Shown here: piece by piece, positions 1 through 12,672 of the stretch
Position numbering within the stretch: position 1 is the first letter of the stretch
How the letters are laid out: each line of letters starts with the position of its first letter
Origin: Eledone cirrhosa
Lineage: Eukaryota
NCBI GenBank assembly: GCA_964016885.1
Contig: OZ024745.1
Coordinates: 35,092,001 to 35,156,000, forward strand
Length of the DNA: 64,000 bases
Direction: 5' to 3'
Program-made: the position numbers and the translations under genes
The notes under the pieces: model-generated
Databases searched by the model: none
What the model was told of the DNA's origin: nothing
The model's input: the letters and a program-made list of their open reading frames with translations, nothing else

Positions 1-486
1 AATCTGGATAACATTTTCATCTGTCGATTACGCGCGATTCGTTGCGGAAGTTATTACTTCGTCAGCTCGACAGTTCGACATATTTGTTGTGAATGTTAAC
101 TCATTGTCTGTCCGCATAAAGACAAGTAGTTCGTAGCTATTGTGCATAACAATTCAGCCATAACTAATTTGGTCTGTCAACTTTCATAAAAATACAATCG
201 GTGGCGATGTGAATTGGTAAATTGATTAATACCACACTACACTGCGTTTTTTACCCTTCCTTAATCAATTTTGTAATAAAATAGACCATATTTAAATTAT
301 TTAATGTAGAATTTGAAGGGATTTATTAAAATTATTTTATTATTTAGATGATATTTGCAACATAACATGTATTTCCTATAGTAAATTATGTTGGAAGATT
401 TTAATATACAGAGGAACACTTTAAAATTAGTGGATTTGTTGTATAGAAACAGAGGCATTTTGAGCGGGTTGGCATCAAAAGGGTTA
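1..486. mobile_element. possible right end of a piggyBac-like non-autonomous element
   Basis: Ends ...GCGGGTTGGCATCAAAAGGG|TTAA, the CCC/GGG terminus plus TTAA target typical of piggyBac. The left end is not visible in the window. Confidence 0.35.
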
Positions 487-3400
487 AAGAATATTTAGAA
501 ATGTAAGATAATTTATCAACTCATTCACGTTCGCTACGTTTTTCATAAGAACATCTTTGTAAATTCAAGTAGTTGATTGTGGTCAAGTACTGAAGTTATA
601 GTACTGAAGCTTCTTTGGTTTCCTTTTCTATTATTCACACCGTAGTGTGTCGGTATGGTTTTAGTAAACAATATCCTGCAGTTTTATTCAACATTTTAAT
701 TAAAACCATATAGAGATGAATGAACATCACATCACAACTTAACAAATGTTTTCTGCTGAAAGCCTTTGTTGCGTTATTCATGTCCGTTTGAGAAATTTAT
801 ATAGGTTTGTGAAGCTGGTCACATTTATTGGAAGAGAAACGCACGATTTAATAGTTTGAAATCAGGCAATTAATAGGTATTGAAATCTTAACGAGATATA
901 TCGAACTAATTAGAAAAGTAGTCAGTGGTCTTTATATGCATATATGTACCCAATAAGAATCTAGAGCAAGCTCTATAGCGCATATATGAATTGGAGAATA
1001 ATAAAGGTAACCGTTGAATAATCACTACGTTCACACAGTGAAATTTATTGTATAAGCTTCCGCTGCAATTTGGTGTATTTTCTCGGTATTATAACCATGA
1101 AAGACTAATATGTTGGCAGTATTCCCGAAGAGTTGTGTTTGAAAAAGAAATACGAATTCTAAAGTTTTTATGCTTCTCTGCTTTCGGAATACCTTGTCAG
1201 AATGAAGAATTTGGCAAATAATTGCTTCTCTATTTTATCAATACATGTTTTCAAATCTATACCTTTATGTCAATCTACTTGGGACCTTTAATCTCTATAT
1301 GAAAATAAACTATTTGTTGCTGCGTTCTGCATAATCCTCACCCTATAGAGTGAAGTGGAGTTACAGCCAACTAAATCGACCCGAGCATCTCATTGGTTGC
1401 TATTTTATCAACACTAAAAGTTAAAATAATAGGGAAGCCTGTACGTGATTCCTTGATCTACAGGTTCGAAGGTCAGTAACTAAAATGACCCCGAATTCAC
1501 ACATTACAATCTTTAAAAACATGGAATAGCAAGATAGTCACCGATAAAAAGCCTTTGATCATAGACCCGTTCGACCAGGGCTGATCTCGGCCTATACAAC
1601 AATAAACACACAGGAAACTATCGGGAAATTTCAATTCAGAATATCAAGGCAATTTTGGAACACCTTACACACAATAACATATACCATAAAAAACATTTAG
1701 TTTACATATATTAATGTATATTTTATATACAGTACACATATCTTTCACAAGAAGATTTTCTTCAGTTAATCCTATTAATATTCGAATCATATTCTGGCAT
1801 ATCTACGGAAAATATTTAGCTCTAAGAGGATAGTGCAAATTAAATAAATAGCGATATTGCCATTCCACGAAATTTGCATCCATTTTCATTTCTTTCATTT
1901 GGATATAACATCAGCTCTAAATATATGGGATCGATGCACACGACAGGTACTCATATTGTTGACTCTGAGAAAATACGTTAAAATCAAAGCCAGCGAAATT
2001 GGAACTGAGAAAATAAACATATGGAACTAAATACTACCGTTGTCATGGAACTGTGATGACTATAAAGATTCATTACACTGTATATATTACTTAGTCTATG
2101 GGAAAAGTCACCACGACTGATGAGATGGATTTAGTGAGGGACATTACTGGAGACCTGGCCCAAATGCCTGCGACAAACTGGACTCCACTGAAAGCACCGA
2201 AATGCCCTGCAGTGGTGTTAAAGCGACCGATGAATTAAATATACCACCCATGGTCTCTAAGGACACATAGGCCTATAATTACATTGAAATAGGGATGAGC
2301 AATACGAACCCTATGACTGTTCCTTTAAATACAAGCCTGAACTTAATAAAAAGTAAAACTAAATTATGACAAAATTATTTAGAGTCATTAGCAATAAGTT
2401 ACTACTAATCAATAAATGAAACTACACGCCAAATAGGTGTTAAATCGTTGGATTAAATGCCTTGGTATTTGTTCCAACTTTCTGCTCTTAGTTCAAATCC
2501 CACTGAGGTCAACTTGCTTTACATTTTTTCGGCATCGATAAATAAAGTGCCAGTCCAGGGGTATTATATTTGCGGTAAAGTTGAAGCGTTGGATGGGAAG
2601 CCATGCGATATCTGTGCCGGTTCTCTGCGATGAGTCGAAATTCCGTCTCTTATCTCCGCAAACATATGGACGCTTTACCATCGTTTGCTCCCTAGCTCTA
2701 TACAAACAGTGTCTTTTTCCATAGTCTTGGATCGACTTAAGCTGGAAACTGCGGAGAAGCCTATCAACGCGCTGTGCCATGCGCATTCTATGCACGAACG
2801 TCTAAATACTATTTATCGAAAGCGATGGATATCCATTTACTGAAAAGGTGATGTTACCTTAAAAAAGAAATTGGTACACACACAAACATTTCTGTTCGAT
2901 TCGTTCCACTCATTCATTTTGTTTACTACTGTAACAAAAAAAAAAAACAACAAAAAAACACAACAACAAAAAACAAAAAAAAACAAGAAGACAAAAAAAA
3001 AACAGGACATAACTCCGGTGTTCATCCCATTATTTCTTCTCAAAATTCTTAAAATATGTATTCTAATAATCAGTCGGTGGTTGCATGTGTCTACAAAATA
3101 GTTGGCTATTAAAGCTAGCCAATGAAATAACTTGCATTTTCGATTTGCGGAAAATCAATCATGTCCTGGAACACGTATATATGTATATATATAGCCAAGT
3201 TAACCCTCTTTATTAATTTATATCAAATTTATTTCCCTAATTTATCCAGATTTTTGTAAGCCCCTAGACTCTAACCTTTAAGCCACTTAATTACCCCCCC
3301 CCCCCGCTTTGAAAGATATTCCTGAAGTAATCAAACCGATAAATCGGCATATTTCAATACGCTAACGAAACGCACGTGTTTTTGTCATACGATTAAATTA

Positions 3401-3940
3401 ATGTACTACAACAGCAAATTTCGATACTATTTACTAAATTTTAACTACAGTAAGGACATACACAGGCATACACAGTGACGGATTGGCCAGGTTGCTAGCT
3501 TGCCCAGGGGGCCCACGAAAGCATTGCAAGAGCTCACAGTAGTATTTTAGGGGCCAATGCTTTGCTTTCAAAAACATACCTGAAATTTAAGAGAAAGAAT
3601 AAAATAAAAAACAAAACAAAAAAAACAAAACAATTAAGCAAAGCATTTGGTCAACCAATTCCCCAGGGAATTACTAGAAACCAAAATATCGGATAGTGCA
3701 AATAGCTGGAATCAGTGGTTGTACATTCTACTAAATCTAAAGCTTAGTGTATTAATTCATGCAGGCAAACATACATATATAGACACATACATATATATAT
3801 TTATATATACTTACACACGAACTACTGACCAAATGATATTTGGTACCAATGGGTTAAAGACATCTCTCAAATCAATTAGTGGTGAAGGTGGTGTGTATAT
3901 ATTATATATATATATATATACCTAGGTAGCAGCAATAATA

Positions 3941-4325
3941 TTAAGAAAGACATGAACGACACCACAACACTTTGTTTTGAACATTTTGAAAGTAGGTTTA
4001 TACATATGAATTTTCATAAGCATTTCGTATTTGTCTCTGTGGCCTAGCGGTAAGTGCTAGAAACGATGGAGATCCTGACCCTGGGTTCATTTCTGGTCAA
4101 GAAGTACATGTAACCTCTTTCAGTTTTTTTTTACAACCCATAGAAAAAAACTGAAAAGGTTCACTGGGAAACCTACTACCAACAAGGATCGAACTTCAGA
4201 CCAGGATCTCCAGCGTCTATGATTCCTCCAACTAGGCCACCGAGACAACTATGAAAGTATACTGAAAATTGATATTTATAAACCTAAATTCAAAATCCAA
4301 GTGGTGTCGATTATGGCTTTCCTTA
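3941..4325. repeat. old palindromic element with two inward-facing tRNA-like heads
   Basis: Arms ~3941-4131 and ~4142-4325 are diverged reverse complements. Each has an A-box-like TGGCCTAG(C/T)GG, a B-box-like GTTC(A/G)..., and a T-run at the centre. Confidence 0.7.
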
Positions 4326-4589
4326 GAGCTATTAATAATATTTAGGGTCAACTTCTGATCATTATTGAAAGTCTCTGGATTTCGCAAAATACATAATATT
4401 TTTTATTGGAGAAGGTAAGATATTTTACCACAAAATTTGATTGCACAATTTTGTTTCGCCTTATGTATTTTTCGAAAATGTTATTTATTCATTATAAAAA
4501 TTAAATGATAGCATTCAATATGTAGGTGGGCCCCTTTCATCTGGCAACCAATGTTTTTAGACCCAATCCGCCACTGCACACAGATATAT

Positions 4590-4820
4590 AAACTGGCACG
4601 ACGACTAGTGTTCCAGTTGATACGATAAACGGAAGAGCCTATACGTGAAATTAACAGGCAAGTAGCTGAGTATTCCACAAATGCGTGTATCCTAAATTCA
4701 GCGCGACACAGAATGTAACAAAACCGGCCACTCGAATTACTGGTAAAACGCATTTTTCCTGAAAACCAGGAATCGAACTCACGACTGTACTATCGGGAGC
4801 CGCATTGGCACCTACTAACA
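4590..4820 (-). mobile_element. tRNA-derived SINE, family 2 (related copies ~28385-28640 and ~45700-45790)
   Basis: B-box GAGTTCGATTCC on the minus strand. The body GATACACG..TGTGGAAT.CTCAGC.ACTTGC.TGTTAATTTCA.G is shared with the 28.4 kb copy. Confidence 0.65.
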
Positions 4821-4864
4821 TTATATATATATGTACATATGCGTATCTGGAAATGTGTATATAT

Positions 4865-4970
<106 letters not shown>

Positions 4971-5117
4971 TATAATATAATATATATATAATATAATATA
5001 TATATAATATAATATATTATATAATATAATATATATATAATATATATATATAATATATATATATATATAATATATATATATATATAATATATATATTTTA
5101 TAATATATATATATATA

Positions 5118-5732
5118 TTAAGAGAGTAAAACAAAGAAGCCTTCAATACATCAAAAGTCTTTATTAGCCGACAATGTTTCGTCCTATTAAGGACTCATCA
5201 GGGCAATTAAAACAACAAGAAGTAATATCGGCAGATACAAGCCGGAAGCTCCGGCTTGTATCTGCCGTATATAATGTATATTATATTATATTATATTATA
5301 TTATATTACATTGTATTATATATAATTCCTGCTCTATATAACCACCTTTGTTTAGCTCTAGGTTTTTTTTTGCTTTGGACTATATTTGTAATATGGTTCT
5401 TAATGTTATATACATCCTTAGTAATTTTTATTATATATTTTTATTATTTTTATTATATATTTTTGCAATACTTTAGTGTATGTACACTCCATATTCTTCG
5501 GAGCTTCCGGCTTGTATCTGCCGATATTACTTCTTGTTGTTTTAATTGCCCTGATGAGTCCTTAATAGGACGAAACATTGTCGGCTAATAAAGACTTTTG
5601 ATGTATTGAAGGCTTCTTTGTTTTACTCTCTTAATTTTTCGGCTCTGTTTAACTACATTGAGCTATACCTTTTACTGTCATTTCTATAATACGAAGAGGG
5701 TGTTTAACTCCAACACGCTCCAGTATTTTAAC

Positions 5733-5735
<3 letters not shown>
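5118..5735 (+). mobile_element. PLE pseudo-LTR-type insert: inverted arm 5118-5253, sense arm 5499-5634, ~100-nt tail
   Basis: 5118-5253 is the reverse complement of 5499-5634. Both contain a hammerhead, and both ends abut (TA)n. Confidence 0.85.
5548..5585 (+). ncRNA. minimal type I hammerhead ribozyme (mirror copy on - strand ~5167-5204)
   Basis: GCC-CTGATGA-GTCCT taat AGGAC-GAAA-CattG-TC-GGC: full core, stems I and II, GUC cleavage triplet. Confidence 0.9.
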
Positions 5736-5785
<50 letters not shown>

Positions 5786-5911
5786 ATGCGTATCTGGAAA
5801 TATGTATATATGTATATATATATACATAATGCGTTGAAATGTCCAAAACTTCCAGCAGACAACTGATGAAGGAAAATTTTCTCCCGTTCTTTCTTTCCTC
5901 TTTTTATAAAT

Positions 5912-5958
<47 letters not shown>

Positions 5959-6201
5959 GGAGGTGAGTTTTATTGTAGTACAATAAAGCAATCTCTCTAT
6001 CACCCATCTCTCCTCCTATCTCATCCTTCCTCATTATACTCCTCCCCCTCCACTTTTTACTCTCATCTCCTCCTCTTTTTCACCCCCCCCCCCTCAACTT
6101 TTTTTCCCCAATATCACACATCAATCTAAAACTACTTTTCATATGTTGATTTAAAACTGCACTATTCACAAGTGTGTTTTAACCTTCATATCATGTCTCC
6201 C

Positions 6202-6272
6202 TATTTTATCTGACGAAAACGCAAATGTTATTGCATGATGATATTTGTTTTTGAAATGCGCATAATAAAATA
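6202..6272 (+). ncRNA. type I hammerhead ribozyme in 5' pseudo-LTR
   Basis: TATTTTAT-CTGACGA-long stem II-GAAA-TGCGCA (palindromic stem III)-TA-ATAAAATA. Confidence 0.85.
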
Positions 6273-6478
6273 CATGGAACTCTTTTAACCATCTTTTGAT
6301 CTTATATATTATTTATACTCCAGTCCAACAAACTGTAGAGTGCTTCTTATCCGATATCTGCATTGCTTTATTGTACTACAATAAAACTCACCTCCTACAT
6401 TAACTTGCTCCTTAACGGTTGAGCGCTAACTCTCATATTGGATACCTTTTGATGGTCCTTTACCTTTTCTTCTACAGC

Positions 6479-7964
6479 ATGGATTATTACAACATAACCA
6501 ATTCAACTAAAGACATTCCTATACCTGGTAAATCTGAATTCACCAAACTTCTAATTGAAAAAACTGACTCCTTTGTAAGAAGGAACTCTTTGAGTCGGAA
6601 AATTCCTCAACTTCGCGGTGAAATTTATCGTGACGATGGACTCTTTACTATCTTAAATTGCAACATAGTTAACCTTAATATTATTAAGAACAATATACGT
6701 AATCTCTTTAACCAACATAGCTTAAAAATTGAATTTGATAACAGCATCAAACTAGCTAATTTCTTGGATGTATCTCTTAATCTTGACACTGGCCTATATT
6801 ACCCTTACCATAAAAACAATGAGAACCTAAATTATGTTAATTTTAAATCTAACTACCCCACTAATATTAAGAATGCTATAGTTAGTAATATTGGAAAAAG
6901 AATATCTAACCTATCTTCTAATAAAAACATCTTTGATGCTAACGCCAATTACTATAATAACGCGCTTTCTAAAGCCGGTTATCCTGATAAAATCAAATAT
7001 AGTAAAGAAACAAATTCTAGAAGATCTTACAGTAGAATAATTAATCAAGATCATTCCAATAACTTTAATAAAAGACCTAGATACAAAAACATAATCTGGT
7101 ATAATGCTCCTTTCTCCATCTCTATTAATAATAATATTCCTAAATTATTCTTTAGTGCCTTAAATAAATGCTTCCCTCCCTCACATATCTATAGTAAAAT
7201 ATTTAACAAACACACTATAAAATTTTCCTATTCGACCTCCTCCAACATCTCCAACATTATCTCTAAACACAACAATAAAATACTGAATACTAAATCTCTT
7301 CCTTCCAACATTGAATATCATAATAATAGTAATAGTACTCCCGACGTCATTGTAAACTCTAGGCTAATTTCTGCAAACCCAAATACAATGTCAAACGCAA
7401 CTTCGCTAAATGTTCTTAATCCCATTCTAAATCAAGAAACTAGTATTCCTATCGTAAATAACTTCTCCAATCCAATTCCTTCTATAGATAACACTAGGTC
7501 ACTTGTTAATAACTCTGCTAATCTCTAATCGCAATTGCAATTGCCCTGTTAAAAATAAATGTCCTCTCAACAACCATTGTCTTGAAAAAAACTTAATCTA
7601 CGAATGTAAAGTTATAACTGACACCAATTCCTTCACCTATTTTGGCTCCACTTCCACCTCCTTTAAAGCTCGTCTTTATAATCATCATTCGTCTTTTAAA
7701 TACCAACTTAAAAGAACCAACACGGCACTCTCAGAATTCATATGGTCCTTGAAAGACAAAAATATTAACTATAACATCTCTTGGAAAAAGGTTTCTTCTG
7801 CTTCTCCATACTTGAACAGTTCTCTATCCAAGACATGCAATCTCTGTTTAAGTGAAAAATTTACCATTACATCTAATTTAGATTCTATAATAAATAGACG
7901 CACTGACTTGTTTTCTCTCTGCTTGCATAAATTCCACAGAACATTCTATAAAGTATACAGCTAA
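6479..7964 (+). pseudogene. PLE reverse transcriptase/GIY-YIG polyprotein, deleted and frameshifted
   Basis: N-terminal STKDIPIP..LIEKTDSFVRR, then YRDDGL, NFLDVSLNL, WYNAPFS, KIFNKHTIKFSYS. After a frameshift near 7520: CNCPVKNKCPL, LIY..YFG..FKARLYNH (GIY-YIG), CNLCLSEK, CLH. Confidence 0.9.
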
Positions 7965-8466
7965 TATCTAATACTTTATCAATTTAAAATCCTTTTCTCA
8001 AAGGCACACATATATATATACATATATATTTCTTTAAAAATATACCCATCTTTCTACCTTATTTCAAAGTTATTTATTATACATTATATAATACTAGTTA
8101 CTCATTCTATATCACTCCTATTTATCACTTCCCTTTCTTTCTTTTTTCCTTTCCTTTTCTTTTTTTCTTTTTCTTTTTCTTTTAATTTCTAACCCGTAAT
8201 CTGTACATTTTCCTCCTTGATACTTCTCAATTATCATTGTGCCTAACGTAGAAACAATTATTACACAACACAATATATTCTTACTTTATATCACCTCGAA
8301 AAAATCCTTCGTAAACATAAACATTTTTTTGACGTTAGATTATTCATCCTCAATTCATTATTTTTTCTCCCTTTCATGCTCATCTAACCTATTCATCCAA
8401 TCTTCTACTTCTTTCACAATATATCCTTACTTACATTACTATTGCTATATTTTTATATTTTTTTAA

Positions 8467-8582
8467 TAATACACATCAACAATTTCTTTCCATCGCACAT
8501 ATTATTAAACCATTAAATATTATTCTTAATACATATTAACAATTTCTTTTCATCGCATATATTATTAAACCCTTCAATATAC
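8467..8582. repeat. ~60-bp tandem duplication in the PLE 3' UTR
   Basis: AATA(C)ACAT.AACAATTTCTTT.CATCGCA.ATATTATTAAACC occurs twice in tandem. Confidence 0.75.
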
Positions 8583-8909
8583 AAACCTTAACTTAACATT
8601 ATTTTTCTCTTCGTTAATTTTCAAATTCTTTTAATTTATATATTATCTTCCAACGGTAAAACAATATATTTTTTCTCAGTTATAAAAGCTATCTCTCTCT
8701 CTCTATCACCCATCTCTCCTCCTATCTCATCCTTCCTCATTATACTCCTCCCCCTCCTCTTTTTACTCTCATCTCCTCCTCTTTTTCATACCCCCCCCCT
8801 CAATTTTTTTTTTCCCAAATATCACACATCAATCTAAAACTACTTTTCATATGTTGATTTAAAACTGCACTATTCACAAGTGTGTTTTAACCTTCATATC
8901 ATGTCTCCC

Positions 8910-8980
8910 TATTTTATCTGACGAAAGCGCAAATGTTATTGCATGATGATATTTGTTTTTGAAATGCGCATAATAAAATA
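8910..8980 (+). ncRNA. type I hammerhead ribozyme in 3' pseudo-LTR
   Basis: Near-identical to 6202-6272, with one substitution in stem II. Confidence 0.85.
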
Positions 8981-9008
8981 CATGGAACTCTTTTAACCAT
9001 CTTTTGAT

Positions 9009-9080
<72 letters not shown>

Positions 9081-9083
<3 letters not shown>

Positions 9084-9379
9084 GGTGCGGACGATATCTG
9101 TTCGCAAGATTACTGTCTAGGAAAAAATAACAGTAGTTTTATTTTTTAAGATTTATTTATCAAACTTGGGTCAGTTTGTCTTCATGACTTGTTCTTTCGA
9201 TCTCACTCGATAAATCCGCCATTGGGTTTGATGACGGCTTCAAGGCGGCCTCGGAACTGGCTACAGGCCTTCGTCACTGTCCCCCGACTTAGGCCCCTAA
9301 AGGCACTTGTGATCCTGGCCTTCAGATCGTCTTTCGTATTGCAACTAGATCTGTTGGTGTCTCATTCCACTGCGCCCCG
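9081..9379 (-). mobile_element. Tc1/mariner (maT/DD37D-like) 3' fragment with TIR
   Basis: TA|CAGGGTGCGG terminus. Minus-strand translation GAVE*DTNRSSCNTKDDLKARITSAFRGLSRGTVTKACSQFRGRLEAVIKPNGGFIE* (stop 9203-9205) is a transposase C-terminus. Confidence 0.8.
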
Positions 9380-9398
9380 TATATATATATATATATAT

Positions 9399-9518
9399 GG
9401 AAACGGCTTGAGCTCCGCCGTCGGGGTCATACATTTGCCTATTACCCACTCTACTACCCTAAGTATTGAGTACTCTGGTGCGTTATAGTCCATCTGGTTC
9501 CTTACCACAAATCCTTCG

Positions 9519-9520
<2 letters not shown>
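9399..9520 (+). mobile_element. (TA)n-insert family A, single arm (other copies 19561-19680, 23354-23417, 42922-43152, variant 43979-44061)
   Basis: Shared GAAACGGCTTGAGCT...CATTTTCCTA|TTACCCACTCTACTACCC...CCTTCGTT, always flanked by (TA)n. Confidence 0.85.
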
Positions 9521-9586
<66 letters not shown>

Positions 9587-9591
<5 letters not shown>

Positions 9592-10311
9592 GAGGTAAAT
9601 ATCTCTTTGAGTACTAAGTACCCATAGAGATATATAGTGTGTCTATAATATAATTGGTGTGCAATGGTACTAATTCGAGATACCAGAACTATAAAAATTA
9701 AGAAGAGCAGAACAAACAAACATTAAACAATTCTTTAAAAACATTTAAAAAATGATTTAAATATTTACCGGTGGTTTCGCTTTACAAAAGGTTAGAGATT
9801 CGGAGAATTTCTAACGGAAAAGTAAAGTTCATCAGATAACTATTTCCATACAGTAGGAAACTAGTCCCACAATCTGCAAATATATTGCCAACTACCAGGT
9901 AATGTGAGTAAGGCCGTTAGAATGACCCACACGTGAACTGGCCACTAGAAAAAGCGGGAAATATTACAGACTTGTTAATGGCTATTCTGCTAAAAAAAAA
10001 AAAAAAAAAAAAAAAAATACCAGTAAGCAGCAACGAATTTTTTTCTCAACATAGATAGGAGAATTCATAAACTGAGGTAAATATCTCTCTGATTACTAAG
10101 TACCCATAGAGATATATAGTGTGTCTATAATATAATTGGTGTTCAATGGTGCTAATTCGAGATACCAGAACTATAAAAATTAAGAAGAGCAGAACAAACA
10201 AAAATTTTAAAGCGAAACCGCCGGTCATAGAATTATGAACGGGTAAATAATTAAATCATTTTTTAAATTTTTTAAAGAATTGTTTAATGTTTGTTTTTTC
10301 TGCTCTTCTTA

Positions 10312-10317
<6 letters not shown>
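9587..10317 (-). mobile_element. retrozyme-like ~483-nt unit with terminal redundancy and inverted arm
   Basis: Direct repeat ~9592-9720 / ~10074-10202. Inverted copy 10205-10317 of ~9690-9785. Hammerhead-like motif on the minus strand; no ORF. Confidence 0.75.
9760..9842 (-). ncRNA. hammerhead-like motif, long stem II
   Basis: Minus strand AGTTAT-CTGATGA-aCTTTAC...GTAAAGc-GAAA-CCaccGG-TA-. Stem I is imperfect. Confidence 0.65.
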
Positions 10318-10383
<66 letters not shown>

Positions 10384-10384
10384 T

Positions 10385-10415
<31 letters not shown>

Positions 10416-10555
10416 ATGTACATATATATAAACGTTTGAATATGTGTAATAAAGCCAAAACAATGCAGGTATGGACATAGAAAAAAGAATGCAATTGTAA
10501 AAGATATTGTTGACAATTCGTCCTTTACCTTGAATTTATTTAAATGTCCACATAT

Positions 10556-10601
<46 letters not shown>

Positions 10602-10858
10602 GCATATATATATATATCATTTCACCCAAATTTTAGGAATCCTATATTGAAACGAGACGTCCGTCTGGGAAGAGATATATTCGATTGGTCTCATATGAAA
10701 TAATACAGCCAATTTTCCACGCAATACTTTTAGTTAGCACCCCGAACGCTTAATTAGGAATATAATCACTTATTTCCTAATGTTTGTTGAGTGAGTTTGA
10801 ATTTGGCCGGAGTATCGCTAAAAAGCTTTCTCCGATATTGTATTTATTTATGTATATA

Positions 10859-10994
<136 letters not shown>

Positions 10995-11003
10995 GATATA
11001 TAT

Positions 11004-11086
11004 ATGGTGGCTGCCAACTCGTTTTCGAGTACGGCCACTACTTTATATCCATGTAGGAGAACCCCCACCGATGCGGTGAACGAGTT
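11004..11086. repeat. ~80-bp structured dispersed repeat in microsatellite (second copy 31016-31094, opposite strand)
   Basis: ATGGTGGCTGCCAACTCGTTTTCGAGTACGGCCACTAC...GAACGAGT is nearly identical in both copies. Confidence 0.8.
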
Positions 11087-11152
11087 ATATATATATACAC
11101 ACGCACACACATATATATATATATACATACCTTTATATATATATACATTTAT

Positions 11153-11188
<36 letters not shown>

Positions 11189-11189
11189 G

Positions 11190-11259
<70 letters not shown>

Positions 11260-11494
11260 TGTGTGTGTGCGGGTATGTATTTATGAAAGTATGTATATAC
11301 ACATATTTCCTTAAACGCACATATACAAATAACATAGTTCATAACTTGCTTAGCTCAACCAAACCGGATTATTGAACTGATTGAGTATATAAATATATAT
11401 ACATACATATATATATATATATACATACATATATATATATATATACATACATACATATGTATATAAGCACATATAGACATATACATACATATAT

Positions 11495-11525
<31 letters not shown>

Positions 11526-11777
11526 TACATATATATGTACACACACATATATGTTCTGTATGTATGTGTGTTAACGTCACAGTTTTTGAAAGCATGGTCA
11601 ATTGGTAGAGGAATGAATACAAAGGAAAAAATTTCCGAGCAAATGTTTTTGAAGAGGAATATATCAAAAGATTGACTTACAAATTACATGCTGTGAATAT
11701 TGAACCAGACACATACGTTGGTCTATATTTATAGTAACAACAAACATAGAAACATACTACTACAACTACTACTCCTC

Positions 11778-11818
<41 letters not shown>

Positions 11819-11867
11819 GATGATGATGACAAGAACAAATAATTGTAACAACTACAATAATAATTGT

Positions 11868-12461
11868 TTCTACTTTTGGCACAAGGCCAGCAATTATCCC
11901 AGTACATTACTGGTACTTTATTTTATCGACCCCGTAAGGATGAAAGGCAAAGTTAACCTCGGCGGGATTTGAACTCAAAATGGCAAGGGCCGTAACTCTA
12001 TGCGTCAAAGCATGGCGTCTGACCCTCTATATATGTACGCTTATATATGTATATATATATGTACGTTTATATATGTACGTTTATATGTGTATATATTTTT
12101 TGTATACAACTACAATAATAATGATATAGGCACAAGGCCAGCAATTTGGGGCGAGGGGGAAGTCGATTAAATCGACCCCAGTGCGTGACTGGTACTTTAT
12201 TTTATCGACCTCGTGAAGATGAAAGGCAAAGTTAACCTCGGCGGGATTTGAACTCAGATCATAAAGGGCCGTAACTCTATGCTGCAAAGCATGGCGTCCG
12301 ACCCTCTACCGATACTGCCAATCCACCGCCTTTTATTTGGCCACAAGGTCCCTAAACACTGGAGACAATATATTGACGTGTTCCATCGAGTAAAGGGAAG
12401 TATATATATACAGAATTTCCTAAAATATGTATACATTTTTTGGGGACACCCTGTGTATATG

Positions 12462-12492
<31 letters not shown>

Positions 12493-12672
12493 ATGTACGT
12501 TTATATATGTATATATATGTACGTTTATATATGTACGTTTATATGTGTATACATTTTAGGGGGACACCCTGTGTATATGTATATATATATATACACAGGG
12601 TGTCCCCCTAAAATGTATACACATATAAACGTACATATATAAACGTACATATATATATACATATATAAGCGT

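Larger units (their letters stand above)
5954..9012 (+). mobile_element. Penelope-like retroelement (Hydra-clade-like), internally deleted, in (TA)n
   Basis: Direct pseudo-LTRs ~5990-6304 and ~8690-9012. A 39-nt inverted segment 5954-5992 is the reverse complement of 6362-6400. RT and GIY-YIG coding remnants lie between the repeats. Confidence 0.92.

Noticed and set aside
2493-2830. 100-aa ORF, or the Tc1-like VLCDESKFRL motif on the plus strand
   Set aside because: The ORF runs into a SINE, and the motif is too short and interrupted to support a call.
3200-3857. piggyBac MITE bounded by TTAACCC...GGGTTAA
   Set aside because: The termini match poorly beyond CCC; insufficient support.
7503-7528. 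Programmed frameshift or readthrough between the two PLE ORFs
   Set aside because: No slippery heptamer is visible, the stop is TAA, and PLEs normally have one ORF; a decay indel is simpler.
11004-11086. HDV-like ribozyme
   Set aside because: P1- and P2-like pairings exist, but no P3/L3 or P1.1 could be built.
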